A stretch of DNA of 64,000 bases from Pecten maximus (taxonomy: Eukaryota): NCBI RefSeq assembly GCF_902652985.1, contig NC_047023.1, positions 16,616,001 through 16,680,000 of the forward strand, read 5' to 3'. Shown here piece after piece: positions 11,144 to 20,635 of the stretch. The notes under the pieces were generated by a model. The model was not told where the DNA came from. It saw nothing but the letters and a program-made list of their open reading frames with translations, and did not search any database. Every line of letters begins with the position of its first letter. The first letter of the stretch is position 1. Both the position numbers and the translations under genes were made by a program.

Positions 11144-11437
11144 GGCCTTTAAAATTCAATATTTGCTGAATTTTTATCCCCCAATTCATTTTTGAGGGTT
11201 AATTTAAGCTATCATGTTCTTTTTCATTATTTAACTTTTATGGATACACCTGCCGGGCTCTCCCCAGGTGCTACTTCTGACCTCCTGGGCTAACCTATAG
11301 TGCTGGTACTATAAACCCCAGGCAGAATGTTAGTTTTTACAGAGTAGCCCCTAAGAATGCCAAAATATAGTTAGTTAGTTTCGGTTCATTAATAAATCCA
11401 ATTAACCTTACTACTGGACTTTGTTGTTTTGTATAAA
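11144..11437 (+). repeat. Ngaro split direct repeat B1 (294 bp)
   Basis: Identical by eye to 12721-13014; contains two hairpins and AATAAA at 11391. Confidence 0.97.
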
Positions 11438-11696
11438 ATTTTAATTTATTTAATTTAAGTTTATACAAGTGTGAAAAGTCCATCCTCTTATCGTCTAAAC
11501 ATGTTATTAAATAGGTTAGTATATTGGAGGTAGATCGTAAGGGAAATATATGCTAATTAGGCCAAGAGGAAGTAACTGCTATAGTAGTCACGTGACCTAA
11601 CTGACCAATGGTCAGCAGGAAGCATCCAGTCAGCCATCTTTGTGATGCGAGGATAAGTCAGACTCTAGAGATAGTTCATCTGCTTGATCGTCAACA
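11438..11696 (+). repeat. Ngaro split direct repeat A2 (259 bp)
   Basis: Identical to A1 and abuts B1, reproducing the right-end/left-end junction. Confidence 0.97.
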
Positions 11697-11744
11697 CCCG
11701 CCAACCCTCCCAAGTTTTATTTATTATATAATTAAGTATATACA

Positions 11745-11828
11745 GGATGCCTGCCGGGCTCTCCCCAGGTCTTCCTACATTTAAAATTTTAGGCTAACAT
11801 CTACACCTGCCGGGCTCCCCCCGGGTGT

Positions 11829-11874
<46 letters not shown>

Positions 11875-12276
11875 TTTTTAGAATATGTTTATATTAGCTT
11901 ATACACCTGCCGGGCTCCCCCCGGGTGTTAATCTCTTAGAATGTGTTTATATTAGCTTATACACCTGCCGGGCTCCCCCCGGGTGTCAATCTCTGAGAAT
12001 GTGGTTATATTTGCTTACACACCTGCCGGGTTCCCCTCCGGGTGTCAATCTCTAAGAATGTGGTCATAATATTAGTTTATACATGTACACCTGCCGGGCT
12101 CCCCCCCGGGTGTCAATCTCCTAGATTGTGGTTATATTAGCTACACACCTGCCGGGCTCCCCCCGGGTGTCAATCTCTTAGATTGTGGTTATATTAGCTA
12201 CACACCTGCCGGGCTCCCCCCGGGTGTCAATCTCTGAGAGTTTGGTTATATTTGCTTACACACCTGCCAGGTGTCA
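11745..12276 (+). repeat. Tandem array (~57-58 bp period) of GC-rich hairpin motif acacctgccgggctccccccgggtgt inside the Ngaro element
   Basis: Copies start at about 11746, 11803, 11903, 11961, 12019, 12087, 12145 and 12202, with a collapsed copy at 12260. Confidence 0.95.
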
Positions 12277-12720
12277 TCTTTTTATTGACAGCATTTTGCA
12301 TCTCATATAATTGGTGTGAGCAGTGGTGTTAGTCAGTCACAGACAATGCAAGTTATTGTCATGTTTTATTTAATTGCAATGCTTAGTTTAATTTTAGGTG
12401 CGAAGTGATTCTATTTTTGTATCAGTACAGTTACAACTGTCATATGCTCATCGTTACATGATTGTATATGGTTATACATATAATCGATTGTTTTAAGACA
12501 AGGTTATGAAAATATGTACTTGCATGGCAGAGATTGCTTTAACAGTTTCTTTATGAATGAGTGTATGTATGTTTGTGTATTCCTGCTGGTTTTACGCATA
12601 CTCTATTACATTGTTTTTGTATATCATGTCACTTACCACCATTGGGCTACTCTGTAAGATGAATTTTATCATAAGTTCTTTTTGACTGCCTTATTGATAT
12701 TTACGGAATTCTTTAATTTA

Positions 12721-13014
12721 GGCCTTTAAAATTCAATATTTGCTGAATTTTTATCCCCCAATTCATTTTTGAGGGTTAATTTAAGCTATCATGTTCTTTT
12801 TCATTATTTAACTTTTATGGATACACCTGCCGGGCTCTCCCCAGGTGCTACTTCTGACCTCCTGGGCTAACCTATAGTGCTGGTACTATAAACCCCAGGC
12901 AGAATGTTAGTTTTTACAGAGTAGCCCCTAAGAATGCCAAAATATAGTTAGTTAGTTTCGGTTCATTAATAAATCCAATTAACCTTACTACTGGACTTTG
13001 TTGTTTTGTATAAA
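12721..13014 (+). repeat. Ngaro split direct repeat B2 (294 bp)
   Basis: Identical to B1; forms the right end of the element. Confidence 0.97.
12968..13010 (+). terminator. Putative polyadenylation signal of the Ngaro transcript
   Basis: AATAAA at 12968-12973 followed by GT-rich tggactttgttgttttgt; the same signal is present in B1. Confidence 0.55.
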
Positions 13015-13265
13015 CTGATGTTTATCTGATTAGTGACTCATTTCACACTGACATACTGCTGATTTCTCTCCGATTAGTGACTCATCCACACTGATAAACT
13101 GCTGATTTCCTTCGGATTAATGACTTATTTTGCTGTGATATACTGCTGATTTCTATCTGATAAGTGACTAATTTCACACTGATTTACTGCTGATTTCCTT
13201 CGGAATAGTGGCTCTTTTCGCTCTGATATATGGATTCATTTTTTCTGATAGAATGACAAATTTCG
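13015..13265. repeat. ~44-bp minisatellite, right part
   Basis: Continues the unit interrupted at 6717 (ctgatgtttatctgattagtgactca...). Confidence 0.88.
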
Positions 13266-13429
13266 TTGAGAAATGCCCATCCTCCCTGGTATAACGCTGT
13301 GTAGTACTAACTCCAAACTATTTACATACTACATGTATATGACATGCATTTATGTCGTTAGTAAACCAAACTGTTGTATATGAAACTGTACACTACAGTT
13401 TTCAGGAATTCCGTCAGTGTAGGAATACA

Positions 13430-13780
13430 GCTAAAGGTGTCCTTGATAAACAAAAATGGCTGCCGGTTACTTTTGTTTTCAATATAAGGAGCTTTTCGAC
13501 TTTGTTAGCCTTTTCTAATCAACACCATCAAGAAAATAAAAGAATTTTACGGATCCTAACTGATGACATTATAAAAATGTCAAAATCGAAGCTGTCAAAA
13601 AATCATTATAAGCGCCATCTAGATACGAAGTTCAACAATATCGTCTGCTAGAGATGCTGCACTCACCTATTAGGCACGGATTTATTTTCAAATGAAATGT
13701 CCTTGGAATCGTTGTCAGCTACTGACATGAAGACATTTATTAAGAATTTCCGAACTGACAACTTTCTGAAAATAACGTAA
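13430..13780 (+). mobile_element. Old dispersed repeat, homologous to ~58190-58630 (probably a non-autonomous DNA transposon)
   Basis: Shared tccttggaatcgttgtca (13700-13717 vs 58564-58581) with colinear diverged flanks; boundaries approximate. Confidence 0.5.
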
Positions 13781-16700
13781 ATCCAGTCGATGCAAACATA
13801 ACCCTTACCGTCGGAACATGCGAGATGTTCTTTGGTGTTGGTTAGGTTTATGATGGCGAACTAAGCGCACTGAATTGCACCACATATATAACTCATTTTA
13901 AATGAGTAATCTGACAGAGAAAACCAGCCACATGTAGTGTTGTATATTATATAATGATCTTGATGCATAAATTCGAAAGAACAAAATTTATCATATTTTT
14001 TTTTTTTATCTTTTTATATATTTTCCTATAAATTTTCATTTTCAAATAAGTTTAAGTCAATAAAAAAACGCCGCTAAGTATTTATAACTCAATTACATGC
14101 AACTTGTTAATCATAAGCTGTACAAAAAACACATAGAAAAAATATTAATTGAAAATAAAATTTGATGTTAGATTATTTTCTTATTTAAAAAAATAGTAAC
14201 ATTTGCTAATCAAATTAAGTCAGGTGCATAAATCTTATGCTTATATAAAACGACCACAATAAGAATAAAAAGGTTTGTAGAGAACGAGTGTTCCTCTCAA
14301 TTCAACAGGAGGCCAGATCATCAATATCCAGTTAGAAGTAATAGTGCAATCCTCAATTTTTGCAACAACGGGCCTTAATTGCGCAAACTAGTATATACTA
14401 TACTAGGTATAATTGTTTTAAAGTCTTTCTGACTGTCAATTCTTTATAGTTGTGATGTATTCCGCATCAGTCGCCCCTTCTTCAATTGAAAGAGGCTTCT
14501 TTTATTTACAGTAGATGTCACTAGTTTAGAATCGACATAATGATTGAATTATGGATTACAAACAAATATGATTTAATCATCCAAGTCCTATAACAGACGT
14601 TCGGATTGCTGACAAATTTGATGACGTTCGACTAATTGTCAGCTATAGCAATGCATTTTTTATAATTATAATGTCGTGATAAAGCATTTATTGTGTATGT
14701 TTATATCTTAATGAAAATATGCATTATTTTGTTAGTTCTCTGTCCTAACGTCAGTGTTGTACGTTCTTGGAACAGTAATGTCATTGTTGTTGTATTTAGA
14801 TGGATGACACAATTCATGTCACATGACCAAGGAGTGTTCTGTATCATTACATACATTGTATTCTCTACATAACGCAACTGAAACAACAGAGCAAATATGA
14901 TCATTATCAATTTGCACTTAAAAGCAATGAAGGTTTCAATTTTAAGATATATTTAGAGAATACAAATAACATCACGGCGGAGGGATTTTCGGCAATGTAG
15001 TGTATAATTGAAATCAAAGTATAATCAGACTTGACGCCAACCCATGAAACTACGACAAAGCTTTTTTCATTAAAAATCAGGGAATAAGTTTGGACGTGCC
15101 ATTTCGCTATCCCGGTAAGGTTAGAATTCTACAACATTTCTCTGAAGTAGTCAGCTGTCAGTGACAGGCCAGTGGTCAGCGGGTCACTACTAACAGCTCT
15201 CCTTAATAACTATCATTATTCCGTTATGTCGAATTTAATCTTTAGACATTTCCGGAAACCTGTGCTCAACAGCGACCTCCAAGAAAAGAGGAGTGTTTTT
15301 AGGAATCCAGATCACGGTCGGGTAGACGCTTTATTGGACACGCGAAAGCAAAGTTCGTGAATAGAACTGAATTGATAAGAAGACATCCGTTGGTGCAATT
15401 TGGGTGGCTGATCAATTTCGGTCACTTCAATGTACTGTTAGGAGAACAGGGGACAGACGACGAAAGGCACAGATTGTAAAGGACCCTGCAGCCATTATAT
15501 TTGTTACGTGTGTCTGGTCTATTTTACTGGTATATTAACCTATCTGGTCTAAAATCTGTAACGTATTACGGAAAATTGTTAAATATTTGAAACGAATATT
15601 TATTTGAAAATATGGGTTAGGTAAATAGTTTTCTTACTGCACAGCTGATCGACCGCTGGGAGTCAATACCTTTCAGCGGTGTCTTTATTGTCAGCGTATA
15701 TCGTCACAGGTTGTCAGCTGATTATACAAATAACGAATTGATAAAAAAGATTTGTTAAATGTCAATGAATGTGTTCAACATCAAACACTTTTAAAGCTTT
15801 TGCTGAAAAGCTAATCAATTTAAAAAGAAACCTGATAAATTATTATTAAAATACCACCTGTCAGTCAAAATATAGATGTACGGTTTGTTTTCTTATAATG
15901 TCAGTTCTATCCTACTGTTTCATAATTAATCATTTCTCACATTGCTTTTGTATTAATACAATGGATCATCATACCTACGTCAACTTAAACGTAGGTAATA
16001 TATAATTCAAAGATTCGTCAAATGATAACGATAAGATCAAATTTATAATTCATTTAAATGCATATTTCTTTGCTAAGAATTGCTCGCTTGGATTCTAACA
16101 CTAAGACATATCCTGGAGATCGAAATTATAAAGCTCAATTTTATTGAAAATTTTGACATTTTAGAAACAAGTGTCAGTTTACCGTTTTTGTGTCTTGAAA
16201 TTGTGACGTATAGGGATCATATCATCAGCGTTTCCAGGCGTGGATCGGTCGTCGGTACTGTAAACGTAGACTTTTTAGCGAGGGGACATTTACGTTAATT
16301 GCATAAAAAGCATTTGGCAGCGAAATAACAGTAACGCGTAGAGTTTATCTATCGAAATCGCCCCCGCGGAAACTACCAGGTTGACAGTATTCAGTCGTCC
16401 GAGTAATGATTTCCATACGGTACTTTGAGTTTCTGCAGGTTACTCTTGTGATTGCCTTCACGTTTAATGGTTTTGTACTATGAATTATATAGGTTCGAAA
16501 CACGAAGCATACATTTTGAACAGTTTTTTAGCTACTAAAATTGCTTGTTTGGGATTGCTTTTCTCGTCTGAAGGTAAATGTTGATATGATTGTTACTCTA
16601 AATAGAGAAAAAAAAAATTCGTGTGATAATTGAAATTTTCATGCAGTCCATCGAATTCAAAAGCTGATACCGTGTTTCTTAACTAAAAGTGCATATCTGG

Positions 16701-17115
16701 AAATGCTTTTCAGGTTTGAATGACAAAGGTAAAGTTAAAAATAAATTGCAATTGGTTAATTTGTTTCAAGTATTTGTGTGTACTTAAAATTCACTGGTGT
16801 AATGTATTGAGGAGAAATTAGCAATATACATTTGTATTGCCCGAGAGTTTCTTTGCTGTAGGAAAACTGTCAAAACAGGAGGGAGCTAGATTGAGAGAAA
16901 CATGATTACTACTGTAGCACTCTTTGATATCAGAGGTGCATGCGATGATGCTGTATGTCTTATGTTAAGTGGACTGAGCTTTGAATAGTTACATACATTT
17001 AAGACAGGTGTGATACTGTAAATGATCTATTTTATGGTACTGAAACTTCAGCGCATAATCGAATTCAAACAAATCTCTGTCAAATGATTAAATGATGCAC
17101 TATTGTAACGTGTAT

Positions 17116-17707
17116 ATAGAGGTTACACAACGAGTGGTTGTTGGATATGGAATTTATTTCACACGAGTAAGTTATTTTTTAAAAGTTACAAAAGACACGA
17201 GCTTTAGCGAGTGTTTTTTGCAACTTTTAAAAATGATAACTGATTAACTGATTGTCTGAGAGTTGAATAACACAGGGTATTGTGGTAGAAAACACCTTCC
17301 AGCTGTTGATTAACAATCTGTTTATACCACACGTGGTATAAACTCTGTACGCATTTCGATTGGCTAACACGGTGAACTTTGACCCAAGCTGCAATTGTTA
17401 TTGACGTCATCAATAATCTAATGACGTCACATCACCGGGTCCCGGACGTCACCGGTACACTTTATTTGCATACGCGAAATTATACTTGGCCACGTTTCCC
17501 TTTGATTCAAGCCGATATTATTGTGATAGAAACAGGTCACACGACTCGTGATTGTTGGATATGGAATTTATTTCACACTCGTAAGTTATTTTTTAAAAGT
17601 TGCAAAAAACACTCGCTAAAGCTCGTGTCTTTTGTAACTTTTAAAAAATAACTTACTCGTGTGAAATAAATTCCATATCCAACAACCACTCGTTGTGTAA
17701 CCTCTAT
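17116..17707. mobile_element. Non-autonomous foldback element with 118-bp perfect TIRs containing palindromes
   Basis: 17116-17233 is the exact reverse complement of 17590-17707; the right end lies in a 160-bp palindrome at 17539-17698. Confidence 0.9.
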
Positions 17708-20497
17708 TTATACAGAAAATAAAATAATCGCAATCATAACTGTCGGCTCGAAAAGCGCAAAAATAAAATAACCGCTAAAATATATGTATTTAAGTGTATC
17801 ACATTTCATTGTGATATTTTTATCCTAGAAATATTTGCAATCGGACCCTCTCTTTTTAAATCATATGTTTACGTCATATATCATATTAATTTGACAACTC
17901 TGGAAATGTAATACATCAAAATAGCAATATGCGAATACAAAACTCCATTTGATTAATTCTATTCTATCAAATTTTATTCGATTTGAATGACAAGTTTGAA
18001 GAATGGGAAAGAAAATATTAATATATTCCTTATACGAAGTCTCAGTTTTTGGCATCTAACTAGGGAATTTTTATTTTGTTTTTACAATTTTATCATCATT
18101 AGAAGCTACCGTTTTATTATTTTACAAATCTGACAAAGAACAGAAAATATATGCATTTAATGCACTTATTGAATTGTCATCAATCGTGTTTTACTGTATC
18201 AAATATTCAAAAGCACGCGAGGGAAAACTAATTGAAAAATACGCATGTGTCATTCATATGTATGTTCTGATAATAAGTCAGCATGATCCGTCTTGATCAA
18301 TCTCGGACGGAGCAACTGTTTCGTAACATCAATTCGGATTTATAGTTTCTTATCATCAGAAACATTTAGAAAATTTCAACTTAGTGAAATGAATGTAATC
18401 GACGTCACGAAGCTAATGTGTTTTACAATTAAAAAAATATCAAAAGGGAAAGAAATTATCCTCAGATCAATTGTACTGTAAAACAATTACATACTTCTGC
18501 GTTTCTCACCCCTTTGGGTTTCAGTCGTCCGACTGAGAACGTAGCTGCTGACAATTGGAGATGCTTGTTACAAAGACTCCAGTTATCTTTATTGTAAGGA
18601 AGCCCCCCTGGGGTCTGACTACTATACAGGGATATTGTGTAACATGATAATTGTTATTTGTATGTGTGTTTATGATCTAGTAACCAAGGTTATATTTGAC
18701 TACTGTTATCGTTACCGGGGTTCTAACTATGAATTCTCCACACAAGCCGTATCTTAATACATTAGATTAGAGGTGAATGCTGGTGTCATTTTCTAGATTG
18801 GAAGAGGCCCACATGTGGCGAAGGAAACGATTACCATTGGAACATATGTTTTCGCTTTTTTTATCGCATGTTGTTTCCCCATTCACTTCGTTGTATCTTA
18901 TTCCTGTTTCCCGTTCTTAGTTTATTTCTGACATTGTCCATTTGTGTTGATGACGCTATGATAGATGTTTATTCTATTTTTTGGCTGACATATGTTTTTT
19001 GTACCGTGGTGAACTCTTAACCAGCTGTTGTCGTTTAAAAAATAAGAAAGCATAGAGATCGGTATTTTATGTTTATTTTCGGTAATAACCTTTCGTTAGC
19101 TTGATGGGCAGTCGCCAACTGAAATTGATTACACTGCAGATCATTGTTACGCTGCTATATTTAAGTTTGTTTTTAGATGGATTTTTAGATGTAGTTTTTA
19201 TGATTGTTTGTGTTTACTTCTGTTTATCTGCGACTCCGAGACTCCACTGTCACCCCCTTACAATACTGGATTTTGTACAGAGATAATTTTATTCCTTTTA
19301 GTAGAACTCACACGTTTTAATATATACAATATGAGGTTTTCATGTCACCATCCGATACATTAACGATAAATTTGCTAAGCTCTTACCATATCGTGAAGTT
19401 ATATAATAAGACATACTGATGCAATGCTACTACCTATCCTGTCCCCAACCAAATTGTCTTGTTTCATTATGTAGTAAGGATTGTGTTTATGAGAAACATA
19501 ATTAAAATGACTTTCATTAGGATATTCATGACAATGTTACGTGATATTGTTGCAGTTATCCCGGCTACTAAATACAACGTCCAATGTTATCACAATCCAT
19601 AGGCAAAGTGAAAGCCGTAAGTATGCATGACATCAGTATCTAGAGTAGGACAGAACTTATGATTCTCAGCATAGTCCAAGCAGAAAGACACAGTTGTGGG
19701 ATGATACAGAGAATGCCCGATTGATACCACTAAATTGAAAACAAATATGTAATCATCTTGTTTATAATTTTGTTATTTCAAAATAGACTTGATTTACCAG
19801 GTTTTCTCGTTCGCTTTCTGTCTCTTTTATCAGACTTATATTGGTATTATTACTCGTACAGGTTCTTGGGAGAGTATAGACCTGTTATGGATACATTCAA
19901 AATGTCGCAAGAGGCGACTTACGTGGAACTCCGCGTGGAATAATCTTTTTCGTCTGTGTCCTCTAATAAGGGACTATGAATAAATGAAAACTCCCCCCCC
20001 CCCTATACACACACATGAACACAATGCATCACTTGAGATATTTATCATTTCCATTTTTCCTACCTTCTCCTTTTATTTATTTCCTCTCTTATTAAGTTTT
20101 CGTGCGCTATTCTACTTTCTGTTTGTACCCCAGTATAGACACATGTCCTCTCGTGACCCTATCTCTTACGTTAAGCCCTGACCAGAAGAAGACTGATTGT
20201 CTACTCCCATTAAACACAGACTGATGTTTTTTTCATATTGATGGGAAGCTACAATCTTCTCACTCACTCAATCGACAACTACTTTCACTGGAATACTCGA
20301 GGGAAACACCTTTTAGCGATACATTAAATGGTCTCCTACACCATCTTGGAGCTGTAAGTGTCTTTGCATCTTGATATGTTGACCTTTTTGCACTCGTTTT
20401 TACCTTCTTTAAATTGCAATTTTTCCCTTTGCAGTAACAATGCCGGCAATTAATTGTCTGTCGTGCAACCTTTCGACATCACGGACAGTCAATACAG

Positions 20498-20635
20498 ATA
20501 GAAGTTATACAACGAGTGGTTCTTTGATTTGATATTTATTTCAATCGAGTTAGATACTTTTTTTCAAGATACAAACGAGCTTTAGTAAATGTCTTTTGTA
20601 GCTTTAATAAATAACTAATGAGAGTTTGAATACAC
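20498..20635 (+). mobile_element. Degenerate solo end of the 17116-17707 family
   Basis: atagaagttatacaacgagtggtt...acgagctttagt aligns with the TIR starting at 17116. Confidence 0.7.

Larger units (their letters stand above)
6718..13014 (+). mobile_element. Complete Ngaro-type (DIRS order) tyrosine-recombinase retrotransposon
   Basis: Split direct repeats in the order A1...B1-A2...B2, three intact ORFs (Gag, RT/RNase H, YR), no TSD. Confidence 0.97.

Noticed and set aside
11745-12276. CRISPR-like appearance (palindromic repeat plus ~30-nt spacers)
   Set aside because: Spacers are near-copies of one another, there are no cas genes, and the context is a eukaryotic retrotransposon
6714-13019. 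Apparent ctg/actgat target-site duplication around the Ngaro element
   Set aside because: The host minisatellite unit already contains actgctgat, so the empty site is restored without any duplication
18480-18900. Possible 3' remnant of a Penelope-like/non-LTR element (similar hints at 25100-25990 and 33400-33900)
   Set aside because: Only vague resemblance; no diagnostic RT motif is readable
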